Source: Candidatus Woesearchaeota archaeon (lineage in GTDB: Archaea > Nanobdellota > Nanobdellia > Woesearchaeales > JAZDKJ01). From it: a DNA stretch of 64,000 nt. The position numbers and the translations under genes were made by a program. Where the stretch lies: positions 64,001 through 128,000 of the forward strand of contig JAZDKJ010000005.1 of NCBI GenBank assembly GCA_043803105.1, given 5' to 3'. The number at the start of each line of letters is the position of its first letter. Positions within the stretch are counted from its first letter, which is position 1. Of the stretch, positions 9,982 to 19,496 are shown in pieces. The notes under the pieces are model-generated. The model saw nothing but the letters and a program-made list of their open reading frames with translations, did not search any database and was not told the origin of the DNA.

Positions 9982-10740
9982 ATGGTGTTCGAATCAATAC
10001 TTAACCCTATATTCTTGCCTTTGTTTACATTACCGAGCGCAATAAGCATAGCAATAATATCAGTACTCCTGTCATTTATCGTGACTATAGTCTATAAGTA
10101 CACAACAGACCAGAAAATGATGAAGGAACTGAAAGACCACATGAAAGAGATGCAGAAAAAGATAAAGGAGCACAGGAGCGACCCAAAAAAGGCGATGGAG
10201 CTTCAAAAGCAGGCAATGGAATCAAACATGAAATACATGGTGCACAGCTTCAAGCCCACACTCATAACGTTCATCCCGATAATAATACTGTTTGGATACC
10301 TAAATTCTGTCATGGCATACTATCCAATAATGCCTGGACAAGAGTTCAGCACAACGGCGGCATTCGCAAAGGGAACAATAGGAAGGGTGACACTAACAGT
10401 GCCTCAAGGATTTGAAATGAACGGAAACGCCACGCAGCCGATAAAGGAGAACCAGGCAAGCTGGCAGCTCAAGGCACCAGCGGGAACATTCTATCTCAAG
10501 TACGAATATAATGGACAGGTGCAGCAAAAACAGGTAATAATCACAGGGCAAAGGCAATATGCGCCAGTGCTAGAAGCGTACAAGAACAGCCCAATAGTAT
10601 CAGTGAGATTAAACAACCAAGCAATACATCCTTTCGGCGGACTGTCTATATTCGGATGGATGCCAGGCTGGCTCGGAACATACATTATCTTCTCAATAGC
10701 AGCGAGCATGGTATTCAGGAAATTTCTTAATGTGTACTAA
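9982..10740 (+). CDS. EMC3/TMCO1/DUF106 (Oxa1 superfamily) membrane protein
   Basis: TM, coiled coil, FKPTLITFIP, terminal WLGTYIIFS…FRKFL; typical position after secY. Confidence 0.85.
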   Translation: MVFESILNPIFLPLFTLPSAISIAIISVLLSFIVTIVYKYTTDQKMMKELKDHMKEMQKKIKEHRSDPKKAMELQKQAMESNMKYMVHSFKPTLITFIPIIILFGYLNSVMAYYPIMPGQEFSTTAAFAKGTIGRVTLTVPQGFEMNGNATQPIKENQASWQLKAPAGTFYLKYEYNGQVQQKQVIITGQRQYAPVLEAYKNSPIVSVRLNNQAIHPFGGLSIFGWMPGWLGTYIIFSIAASMVFRKFLNVY

Positions 10741-10787
10741 CACACGAAACGCAAACTTTTTAAGCCTGTGTGCAGTGACTGCAAAGA

Positions 10788-12518
10788 GTGAGAAACAAAG
10801 CAATACTAGGTTTGTTATTTCTTCTCTTCATAGGGATAGCCCAAGCAAAATCATACACCCTCGACCTTGCAGACATAAGCTTTACGGTAAATCCTGACGC
10901 AAGCATCTCTGTAAACGAAACCATCACTTACAGCTTTTCTGGACAGTTCAGCTATGCATACATCGAGCTGCAAGAAAACAAAGGTTCTGTTGATAACATA
11001 AATGTATATGATATAAGCTCTGGCAAAGCCCTCCCAGTTGCCTTTAGCATCAGCAATGCGGCTGGAGCAAAGAATGTCAGGTGGGAATTCAATGCAGCTG
11101 ATGAAAAGAAGAGCTTCCTTATACAGTACACCTTGAGGGATGTGCTATTTGTTTATAACGACGTTGCAGAATTTAACTGGAAGATTTGGGGGGATGGATG
11201 GGACCATCAACTCAAGGAAATAAGAGGAAGGTTTGAATTACCTAACAAAGCCCAGAGCAATAAGGATGTATACACGTGGGGGCATCCGGACCTTGAAGGA
11301 AGAATAGCAATCATTAACAACAAAACAGTGATCTACCAGGCATACAATGTGCCTGCACGTCAATGGGTTGAGCTGAGGGTTGTGTTCCCGAGGGAGTTAT
11401 TGCCTGGAATCAGCGATGCAGCAAAAGAACAAACAACAGGCCTTCAACAAATCATTAGCGAGGAGAGCACCTTTGCGAACCAGGCAAGAGTCAGCCTTCC
11501 ACTGCAAGTTTTGTATCTTGTCATACCACCACTAATTGTAATCTTGATATTCATCGGGCTTTACCTGAAACTTGGACGAGAACCGAAAGTGCAGGAAAAC
11601 CAGATTTATGAAAGAGAAGTGCCTTATGATTATTCTCCGGCAATCGTGAGCAGCCTAATAAGGCAGAACAGCAAAAAGCCCACGGCAAAAGACTTTGTGG
11701 CAGAGTTGCTAAACCTATGCCTCAAAGGAAAACTCAAACTTGAACTAATCAAAAAAAAGAAAATCCTTGGGATGTTTGGCTCTGACACAGACTACAAAAT
11801 AATCATAACAAACAAGACAGGAAAACTTAAGCCTCATGAAGAAAAAGTGTTAAAGATAATCAAACAATATGCAAAAGGCAGCTCGATACTCTTCTCTAGC
11901 TTGGAGAAGGAGATAAGGCAGGACAGAAGGGACTTCCAAAAGCAATTTATTGAATGGCAGGGCATGGTCAAAAAAGAAGCAATAACACAAGAGTTCTTTG
12001 CCAAACAAAATTCCTACCTTTGGTTTAACATTGGCAGTGTGGGATTGATTGTTGCTGGACTCCTACTAAACATGAGGATAAGCTTAATCGTAGCAGGAAT
12101 AGTTGGACTCATGATAAACAATATCTTCATTGACGCGCTTCCGAGAAGGACACAGAAAGGGCAGGAACACTATCTCAGGTGGATGCACCTCAAGAAATTC
12201 CTGAAAGACTTCTCTGCAATGAAAGAGCACCCACCAGAATCCATAGCTGTCTGGGAAAGATACCTTGTCTACGGAGTGACTTTGGGAGTGAGCGACAAAG
12301 TGGAGAAGGCAATGAAATTGATATTACCGGACAAGCAATACAAGTCCTCAATATTTGTCGGAGCAGTAAGCTACCATGCCATAAGCACCGCAGGTTTTAG
12401 CCATGCTGTAGATTCTTTCAGCACTTCGTTTGCAGGAGCATCGGGCACTGCAGGCGGAGGAGGCTTTGGAGGCGGCGGAGGCGGTGGCGGAGGAGGCGGT
12501 GGTGGCGGGGCTGGCTAA
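10788..12518 (+). CDS. DUF2207 family membrane protein
   Basis: Signal peptide; WERYLVYGVTLGV; Gly-rich C-terminus GGGGFGGGGGG. Confidence 0.85.
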   Translation: MRNKAILGLLFLLFIGIAQAKSYTLDLADISFTVNPDASISVNETITYSFSGQFSYAYIELQENKGSVDNINVYDISSGKALPVAFSISNAAGAKNVRWEFNAADEKKSFLIQYTLRDVLFVYNDVAEFNWKIWGDGWDHQLKEIRGRFELPNKAQSNKDVYTWGHPDLEGRIAIINNKTVIYQAYNVPARQWVELRVVFPRELLPGISDAAKEQTTGLQQIISEESTFANQARVSLPLQVLYLVIPPLIVILIFIGLYLKLGREPKVQENQIYEREVPYDYSPAIVSSLIRQNSKKPTAKDFVAELLNLCLKGKLKLELIKKKKILGMFGSDTDYKIIITNKTGKLKPHEEKVLKIIKQYAKGSSILFSSLEKEIRQDRRDFQKQFIEWQGMVKKEAITQEFFAKQNSYLWFNIGSVGLIVAGLLLNMRISLIVAGIVGLMINNIFIDALPRRTQKGQEHYLRWMHLKKFLKDFSAMKEHPPESIAVWERYLVYGVTLGVSDKVEKAMKLILPDKQYKSSIFVGAVSYHAISTAGFSHAVDSFSTSFAGASGTAGGGGFGGGGGGGGGGGGGGAG

Positions 12519-12557
12519 TCGCAAAGTATTTTAAGCAGTATTCTTTCTAAAGCCTTG

Positions 12558-13292
12558 ATGGAAATCACAGTGATTGCTTCAGGCAGTAACGGCAACAGTT
12601 GCTTGGTGGAAGAGAAAGGAGTAAGTTTGCTTATCGATGCAGGAAAGAGCTGCAGGGAGACAGAGGCAAGGCTAAATCGTCAGGGAAAAAGCCTGGAAAA
12701 TGTGGACGCATTACTGATAACACATTCACACGTTGACCATATCTGCGGAGCTGATGTCATAAGCAGAAAATACAATATACCAATTTACGCAACGAAGGGT
12801 ACGCAAAGAGAAGCTGCAATTGGCGGATACTGCGTAAAGCAATTTCCAAGAGACTCAACTTTTTTCATAAAAGGGCTAACAATCAGGCCAGTGCAGACAA
12901 GCCACGATGTGACAAGCTGCGGATTTACAGTCGGAAAATTCGGGATATTCACTGATACCGGCATTGTAACAGAACAAATGCAGAACATAATTCCAAAACT
13001 AGAGGCAGTGCTGATCGAATCAAACCATGACATAGACATGGTGCTAAAAGGCCCTTATCCGATATTCTTAAAGCACAGGATATTGTCTGATTCGGGGCAC
13101 CTGAGCAACATCCATGCAAGCCAATTGGTAGCTGAAAAAGGCAAGAATCTTTCCCTGGTAATGTTAGGGCATCTTTCAGCAATCAACAACACAGAAGAAT
13201 TGGCAAGAAAAACATTTGAGACCATAGTGAAGAGAAAAATAGAATATGCTGTATGCTCAAGAGACAAGGAGACTGGAAGCTGGAGCGTATAA
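12558..13292 (+). CDS. MBL-fold metallo-hydrolase (YycJ/WalJ-like)
   Basis: ASGSNGN; THSHVDH; ESNHD; GHLSN. Confidence 0.9.
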   Translation: MEITVIASGSNGNSCLVEEKGVSLLIDAGKSCRETEARLNRQGKSLENVDALLITHSHVDHICGADVISRKYNIPIYATKGTQREAAIGGYCVKQFPRDSTFFIKGLTIRPVQTSHDVTSCGFTVGKFGIFTDTGIVTEQMQNIIPKLEAVLIESNHDIDMVLKGPYPIFLKHRILSDSGHLSNIHASQLVAEKGKNLSLVMLGHLSAINNTEELARKTFETIVKRKIEYAVCSRDKETGSWSV

Positions 13293-13358
13293 AAAACTTA
13301 AGCTGTACGGCATCAAGAAGTCTGCAAAGCACAACTATTTCAAATATGCACATCACAC

Positions 13359-14300
13359 TTAGCAGGTTTCTTCCCAGGACCTATAACACTTCTGCAATGC
13401 TTCACACCAGGAATAGCCAGCAGAGGGAATGCAGCCTTGTGCGTCGCGATCTCCACCCAGCAGATTTGCCTGAGGGCTATAAAGAGAAGAGCTTAAGCTC
13501 GATACACCAGCGTGGACGCGTATCTCAATATTTTCAGCACCCTCAACATAGTTATGCAAATAGGTGTTGCCCTGCTTTGTGAATCCAGGAAGGTCAACTG
13601 AGGAGAGACCGCTCTCAACGACAATCCTGGTTCCATAATCCTCAGGCAATTGCAGCAAAAGCTGGCTTGCGCCAATCTCAAGGTCTGCCTTTAGAGGATT
13701 ATGGCCAAGTCGCATAGTAGTGGAGGAAGCCCCAGCGTGCAACTTAAGGTCTGTCACCTGCAAATTAGAGAAATCCAGATTCGCCTTGGCAGCACCGTAA
13801 TCAAGCTTGAGAGAGTAGGCAATCCTTGGAGAAAGCTCGAGATTCCAGATGTCACTTGTGCCGAAGGCTGAACGCCTGCTCAAGATAATATGGTTGCCAT
13901 TCAAAGCCAACAGAGGGTCCTGCGGATTACCTGTAGTGCCGCTGTTTCTGACAAGATAATCACTCGAACCTTGGCTTAAGTTCAGTTCTGCAGCACCCAA
14001 AGCAAGTTCCAGTGAAGCACTATTCAAGTCCCCAGCAGGCAACTCCTGAAGAAAATGCCTTGGCTCAACAAAATTTGGTGTTGAAGGGAACAACAAAATA
14101 ATCAAGACTATAGCTATAATCGCTACAAGCCACCACTTAAGGCGAACAAGGACAGCAAAGCCCAAGACAATAATCAGAATAGGCCAGATGTACTGCCAAT
14201 TAGCAATCGAGAAGCTGAAAAAACCCATTGCCCTAAACAGGAAAAACAGGCCAATTGCTACGAGAAACGCGCCAAAAAATCGTGATGGAGCGTCAGTCAT
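13359..14300 (-). CDS. LiaF/LiaG-like membrane protein (DUF5668-type TM, beta-rich domain, C-terminal Cys-rich motif)
   Basis: N-terminal TMs with WP motif; repeated GA-x-x-L beta strands; C-terminal GGDRDAQGCIPSAGYSWC. Confidence 0.6.
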   Translation of the reverse strand: MTDAPSRFFGAFLVAIGLFFLFRAMGFFSFSIANWQYIWPILIIVLGFAVLVRLKWWLVAIIAIVLIILLFPSTPNFVEPRHFLQELPAGDLNSASLELALGAAELNLSQGSSDYLVRNSGTTGNPQDPLLALNGNHIILSRRSAFGTSDIWNLELSPRIAYSLKLDYGAAKANLDFSNLQVTDLKLHAGASSTTMRLGHNPLKADLEIGASQLLLQLPEDYGTRIVVESGLSSVDLPGFTKQGNTYLHNYVEGAENIEIRVHAGVSSLSSSLYSPQANLLGGDRDAQGCIPSAGYSWCEALQKCYRSWEETC

Positions 14301-14464
14301 TTCCTCCTCCTGAAAATAATAAACAATCCGACTGCAATTATGAGAAAAGGCCAGGCATAGTTAAAGCTAAGCCAATTGAGCTGATTTAACAGGAGGCCTA
14401 CACCTACAATAAGGATCAGCACACCTGCAAGAATCCTGCCAGAAAGGTTTCTTTCCTCTTTCAT
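14297..14464 (-). CDS. Small DUF5668/LiaI-like membrane protein (55 aa, absent from ORF track)
   Basis: MKEERNLSGRILAGVLILIVGVGLLLNQLNWLSFNYAWPFLIIAVGLFIIFRRRK; ATGA overlaps with both neighbours. Confidence 0.8.
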   Translation of the reverse strand: MKEERNLSGRILAGVLILIVGVGLLLNQLNWLSFNYAWPFLIIAVGLFIIFRRRK

Positions 14465-14892
14465 TTTTTGCGCCTCCCAATCAAGTATATTCCCAAGAGA
14501 ATCAAGAGAGCAGGCCAGATGAAATTAAAGCTGAACCAGTGAAACATATTCTTCAATAGGAATAAGGCACCAATAAGAATAATAACAAAGCCAATAACGA
14601 AATGGCCTGTATGGCTCTCTTTCTTATCATGAACTGACTGCGCTTTCTTTGCAAGCTTTTTTGCAGTACGCTCTGCCATAGTGTCAACAGATGGCTTTTG
14701 GTCAGGGTTAAGTGGCATTACAATCCACAATACAATATAGATAATCAGACCGGTGCCCCACGCCAGAGTCAGAAGAACTGTTGCAAGCCTTATCCAGACT
14801 GGGTCAGCATCATAGAACTCTGCAATGCCACCGCAGACTCCTGCAATAATCTTGTCCTGGCGCGAGCGAAACATCCTTTTTTGTCCTTTCAT
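14461..14892 (-). CDS. PspC domain protein
   Basis: RSRQDKIIAGVCGGIAE…YIVLWIVMP. Confidence 0.9.
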   Translation of the reverse strand: MKGQKRMFRSRQDKIIAGVCGGIAEFYDADPVWIRLATVLLTLAWGTGLIIYIVLWIVMPLNPDQKPSVDTMAERTAKKLAKKAQSVHDKKESHTGHFVIGFVIILIGALFLLKNMFHWFSFNFIWPALLILLGIYLIGRRKK

Positions 14893-15130
14893 GAATATCA
14901 CCTGCTCTTCAACAATAGTTTTTGGTTTATAAATTGTTCCAAGGAATCCTACATTGAAAGCTCAATCATGAGCTGCAGAATACACTCTGCCAGAACAGGA
15001 TCCATGGAATCAAGGTTTCCGTCATTCATACCTGTAAATAATCAGAAGGCCTTTATAAGCATAGGCAAGGAAAGATAAATAGGATTCCTACATAAAAGGC
15101 TTTTTATAGTAGAATAAACAATCAATAAAC

Positions 15131-15769
15131 ATGCTGCAATACATAGAAACGATATACACTACAATTGTCGTATTATCATGCCTTTTTGTAGCTGTGCGAA
15201 CTCATAAACTCTATAAATTGAGCGGGCATGAGGGCATAGGCTCTTTTCGGAACGCATTCATCTACATGGGCTTGGCGTTCATTGCCCGTTACGTGATGTT
15301 AACACTCTTCTCGCTAAAGTTTGTCACAAGCCCGACGCTCGGGTTTGCGCTGGCAACGCAATTGGCCATGATATACTTGTATTGCATAGCAGGGTTCTCC
15401 CTTGTATACAGCCTGGTATGGAAGGGCGCTGAAAAGAAGCAGGCATATCTAGTGCACCTGCTCGCTATAGGAATAGCTGTTGCAAGCATCTATAAGGCCT
15501 ATTTCCTTTACTTCTCACAGCTGGCAGTGTTTGGATATGCGGCAATATCATGCTACTCAACATACAGGGAAACAAAGCAGAGGTTCATCCAAGTGTATTT
15601 CATAGCATTGATACTTGCTTTTGCAGGATACCTGGCAAACCTTCTAAATTATTTCCTTGCGCCAATAAGTCCAACATTCGTGATTTACACGTATGGCATA
15701 ACTGTAGTAACATTCCTGATATTTGTTTATGGGGTAATAAGGGCAGAATGGCTAAGCGAGAAAGGCTAG
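15131..15769 (+). CDS. Multi-pass membrane protein (putative sensor)
   Basis: About 7 hydrophobic segments; overlaps downstream wHTH gene. Confidence 0.65.
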   Translation: MLQYIETIYTTIVVLSCLFVAVRTHKLYKLSGHEGIGSFRNAFIYMGLAFIARYVMLTLFSLKFVTSPTLGFALATQLAMIYLYCIAGFSLVYSLVWKGAEKKQAYLVHLLAIGIAVASIYKAYFLYFSQLAVFGYAAISCYSTYRETKQRFIQVYFIALILAFAGYLANLLNYFLAPISPTFVIYTYGITVVTFLIFVYGVIRAEWLSEKG

Positions 15770-16014
15770 AGGTAATAAACGACATACTGAAGGTCATACG
15801 CGACAACAGGAGCGTAAGACCAACAAAAGTGCTCCACTCATCAAACCTAAGCCCTCAGATGTTCAAGGAGTACATAGACGAACTGCTTACAAAGAAGTTT
15901 ATTGAACAAAGAGAAGAAGACGACAAAAAATTCTATTCGCTGACAGAAAAGGGCTATGAATTCCTGCAAAAATACAAGGCAATGACAGAACTCATAGCAA
16001 ACTTCGGGCTTTGA
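15748..16014 (+). CDS. Winged-helix DNA-binding protein
   Basis: KRERLEVINDIL…SNLS…YSLTEKG pattern of small archaeal wHTH proteins. Confidence 0.8.
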   Translation: MAKRERLEVINDILKVIRDNRSVRPTKVLHSSNLSPQMFKEYIDELLTKKFIEQREEDDKKFYSLTEKGYEFLQKYKAMTELIANFGL

Positions 16015-16038
16015 ACAGGAGTAAACTTCCAGAAACAG

Positions 16039-16308
16039 TCAAAACTGGAAGCCTTTTTTTGCAACATACGCAACAGCAGCAGCAATTCCGCAATAGAGGG
16101 ACAACTGACCGATTTTATAGCTCTTACTTTTCTCAAATTGTTTGTCAGTCTGTAGCATCTCGTTTCTCCTAAGTTGAAACTCGCCCCAAACCCAGTAACC
16201 AATCAACGAGACTCTGCCTGCTGCACGCTCCACGCCTGCAAAAAATGCAGTATGCAATGGCAAACATGCAATCCCGAAAACAACTTCATCAAGACTATGT
16301 TTTCCCAT
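16039..16308 (-). CDS. Hypothetical protein
   Basis: 89 aa ORF with ATG filling an intergenic gap. Confidence 0.4.
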   Translation of the reverse strand: MGKHSLDEVVFGIACLPLHTAFFAGVERAAGRVSLIGYWVWGEFQLRRNEMLQTDKQFEKSKSYKIGQLSLYCGIAAAVAYVAKKGFQF

Positions 16309-16340
16309 AAATAAAGGAAGTCAGCTCTAATTTTTAAAGC

Positions 16341-16610
16341 TTACTTGTCAAGCAGATTTCGCAAGCGCTGAGAAACAGCCTTTGTTTGCGAGGAAAAACC
16401 AAAGTAGCCCAAGAACCAGCCAACATAATAAGTAATCTCACCTGAGCGTGTTCTGTATATCCTACCTATATCATATACAACTCCGCTCCTCTCTTCCTTT
16501 GGAAGGTGAGGCAGCTTACGCTGTTGCCAGCCATTTGCAGCACCGTCTACAAGCGCTTCAAGCTGAGGGTGCGGTTCTTTAATGTATTTGAAGGCAAAAT
16601 ACTCTACCAT
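16341..16610 (-). CDS. Hypothetical protein
   Basis: 89 aa ORF with ATG, divergent from uvrA. Confidence 0.4.
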   Translation of the reverse strand: MVEYFAFKYIKEPHPQLEALVDGAANGWQQRKLPHLPKEERSGVVYDIGRIYRTRSGEITYYVGWFLGYFGFSSQTKAVSQRLRNLLDK

Positions 16611-16697
16611 AAACGGAAATGTAGCAGAAGATTATTTAAAACTATTGCCAGTTCAAGCAACACAACCTATTTAAATGCTGATTCTTTCTTAACGGCC

Positions 16698-19484
16698 ATG
16701 AAAAACATAGTGATAAAGGGGGCAAGGCAGCACAATCTAAAAAACATTAACCTTACTCTGCCGAGAGATAAGCTCATAGTTCTCACAGGCCTATCCGGCT
16801 CTGGAAAAAGCACTCTTGCGTTTGACACAATCTATGCAGAAGGCCAGAGGAGATATGTGGAGAGCCTGTCTGCTTATGCACGGCAGTTCATAGGCCAGAT
16901 CGGAAAGCCGGATGTTGACTCCATAGAAGGGCTGAGCCCTGCAATATCGATAGAGCAAAAATCCACGAGCAAAAACCCCAGGTCAACTGTCGGCACTGTG
17001 ACAGAGATATATGACTATCTAAGGTTATTGTTTGCGAGGATTGGCATTCCTTATTGTCCAGAGCACAACCTGAAGATAGAAGGGCAAAGCGCTGAACGGA
17101 TAGCAGACCAGATTGAAGGCACTGTCACCATACTTGCGCCCATAATCAGGCAGAAAAAGGGGACATACGAGAAACTAGTCGAGGACCTTAACAAAGAAGG
17201 ATATGCAAAGGTAAGGATCGACAAGGTCATCCAAGGGACAGACGAGGAAGCAAAGCTTGACAGATACAAAAAGCATGACATAGAAATCGTTGTGGACAAG
17301 GTAAAGCCAAGCGAAAGGACGAGGCTTGTAGAGGCAATAGAGAACGCAATAAAAAAAGCTGAGGGGCTTGTAATAACTGTGGATGACGATGGAAAAGAGA
17401 AGTTGTACTCCAGTAGGATGGCATGCCCGAAATGTGGATTGATGTTTGAGGAACTTCAACCCAGAATGTTCTCATTCAACTCACCATTCGGGGCGTGCGA
17501 GAATTGCCATGGGCTAGGAATCAGGATGGACTTTGACCCTGACCTGATGATTCCTGACAAGGCAAAGAGCATAGCTGACGGGGCAATAACTCTGTACAAG
17601 AACGCGATGGATGGATGGAGGGTGCAATACCTTGGAGCAATAGCAAAGCACTATGGTTTTGACATATTCACTCCAATAAACAGGCTCACGAAACAACAAT
17701 TTGATGTGCTGATGCACGGTGGCAACGACAGGATAAAATACAACATGAGCATGAAAAATGGCGAATCCAACTGGTCAGGGACAGGAGAATGGGAGGGGCT
17801 GATACCCCAATCAGAAAGGCTTTATCGGCAGACAGAATCAGAGTACAGAAGAGAAGAGCTGGAAAGGTTCATGCAGGTGAGCTCTTGCGAGGCATGCAAG
17901 GGAAAAAAGCTTAAGCCAAAGGTATTGGCAGTAAAAGTAGCAGGAGAGTCCATAATAGACATAACAGACCTTTCAATAAAGGACGCGATAGAATTCTTCG
18001 ATAAAGTCCAACTAACTGAAAAAGAAAAGGAGATCTCCAAGCAAGTGATAAAGGAGATAAGGGCAAGACTTGATTTTCTGGACAAGGTAGGGCTGAACTA
18101 TCTGACATTGTCAAGGACAGCAGGAACGCTTTCAGGCGGAGAGGCTCAAAGGATAAGGCTCGCAACCCAAATCGGCTCAAACCTGATGGGAGTACTGTAC
18201 GTACTTGATGAACCATCCATAGGGCTTCACCAAAGGGACAACAAGAAACTGATAAAGACGCTGTTCAAATTGAGAGACCTCGGCAACACACTCATAGTTG
18301 TAGAGCATGACGAAGAGACGATCAGAAATGCAGACTATGTTGTGGACCTTGGGCCTGGGGCAGGGCTTCACGGAGGCAGGATAGTTGCAGAGGGAACCCC
18401 AAAACAGGTGGAGAAGGCAAAAAACAGCCTGACAGGAATGTATCTTTCTGGCAGGATGAAGATAGAAACCCCGACAAACAGAAGAAAGGCAGACAAATAC
18501 ATAAGGTTGCTGGGATGCAGGGAGAACAACCTCAAATCTATAAATGCAAAAATACCTGTAGGACTTTTAACCCTGATAACAGGGGTGAGCGGGAGCGGCA
18601 AATCTACTTTGATTTCTGAGATACTCTACAAAGCGCTGATGAAAAGGCTGTACAACTCAAAAGAGAGTGCTGGTAAGCATGACAAACTCGTGCTTGAACA
18701 AGAGATAGAAAAGGTAATCGTTATCGACCAAAGCCCGATAGGAAGAACACCAAGGAGCAATCCTGCAACGTACACAAAACTGTTTGACGAGATAAGACGC
18801 CTGTTCTCTGAAACACCAGAAGCAAAGGTTCGGGGTTACAAGCCAGGAAGATTCTCATTCAATGTTGAGGGAGGCAGGTGCGAGGCATGCCAGGGAGATG
18901 GGCTAATAAAAATAGAGATGAACTTTCTGCCTGATGTCTACATAGAATGCGAGGAGTGCAAGGGAACAAGATATAATGCTGAAACACTTGAGGTGAGGTA
19001 CAAGGGAAAATCGATAGCAGAGGTGCTTAACCTCACAGTAGAAGAGGCATACACACTGTTCGAGAACATACCATCAATCAAGGCAAAACTGGACACACTC
19101 CTCAGGGTTGGCCTGAGCTATATAAAACTCGGGCAGAGCTCAACAACACTCTCAGGAGGAGAGGCACAAAGAATCAAGATAACGAGGGAGCTTGCGAAAA
19201 GAGAGTCAGGAAAGACGGTCTATCTGCTTGATGAGCCCACAACAGGGCTTCATTTTCATGACGTCAAAAAACTGATAAATGTACTTGACGAGCTAGTTGA
19301 CAAGGGAAACAGCGTTGTTGTGATTGAGCACAACCTTGATGTCATAAAGTCAGCAGACTATATAATAGACCTTGGGCCTGATGGCGGAGATTTGGGCGGG
19401 AGAATAATAGCAGAGGGAACCCCTGAAGAGGTTGCAAGAAACCCGAAGAGCTATACTGGAGAATTCCTCAAGAGGATGCTTTAG
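16698..19484 (+). CDS. uvrA: Excinuclease ABC subunit A
   Basis: GARQHNLKN; two Walker A motifs GSGKS; two LSGGEAQR signatures; Zn fingers. Confidence 0.98.
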   Translation: MKNIVIKGARQHNLKNINLTLPRDKLIVLTGLSGSGKSTLAFDTIYAEGQRRYVESLSAYARQFIGQIGKPDVDSIEGLSPAISIEQKSTSKNPRSTVGTVTEIYDYLRLLFARIGIPYCPEHNLKIEGQSAERIADQIEGTVTILAPIIRQKKGTYEKLVEDLNKEGYAKVRIDKVIQGTDEEAKLDRYKKHDIEIVVDKVKPSERTRLVEAIENAIKKAEGLVITVDDDGKEKLYSSRMACPKCGLMFEELQPRMFSFNSPFGACENCHGLGIRMDFDPDLMIPDKAKSIADGAITLYKNAMDGWRVQYLGAIAKHYGFDIFTPINRLTKQQFDVLMHGGNDRIKYNMSMKNGESNWSGTGEWEGLIPQSERLYRQTESEYRREELERFMQVSSCEACKGKKLKPKVLAVKVAGESIIDITDLSIKDAIEFFDKVQLTEKEKEISKQVIKEIRARLDFLDKVGLNYLTLSRTAGTLSGGEAQRIRLATQIGSNLMGVLYVLDEPSIGLHQRDNKKLIKTLFKLRDLGNTLIVVEHDEETIRNADYVVDLGPGAGLHGGRIVAEGTPKQVEKAKNSLTGMYLSGRMKIETPTNRRKADKYIRLLGCRENNLKSINAKIPVGLLTLITGVSGSGKSTLISEILYKALMKRLYNSKESAGKHDKLVLEQEIEKVIVIDQSPIGRTPRSNPATYTKLFDEIRRLFSETPEAKVRGYKPGRFSFNVEGGRCEACQGDGLIKIEMNFLPDVYIECEECKGTRYNAETLEVRYKGKSIAEVLNLTVEEAYTLFENIPSIKAKLDTLLRVGLSYIKLGQSSTTLSGGEAQRIKITRELAKRESGKTVYLLDEPTTGLHFHDVKKLINVLDELVDKGNSVVVIEHNLDVIKSADYIIDLGPDGGDLGGRIIAEGTPEEVARNPKSYTGEFLKRML

Positions 19485-19496
19485 GAATTATTGGTT

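Noticed and set aside
12448-12515. GGC/GGA-rich tandem repeat
   Set aside because: It encodes the normal Gly-rich tail of DUF2207 proteins; similar Gly linkers at ~30105 and ~57290 are also coding.
16506-16697. N-terminal extensions of uvrA (also uvrC, rpl5, rpl6, aroK, DUF523, 62441-62539) in the ORF track
   Set aside because: They arise from upstream alternative start codons; conserved N-termini begin at downstream ATGs.
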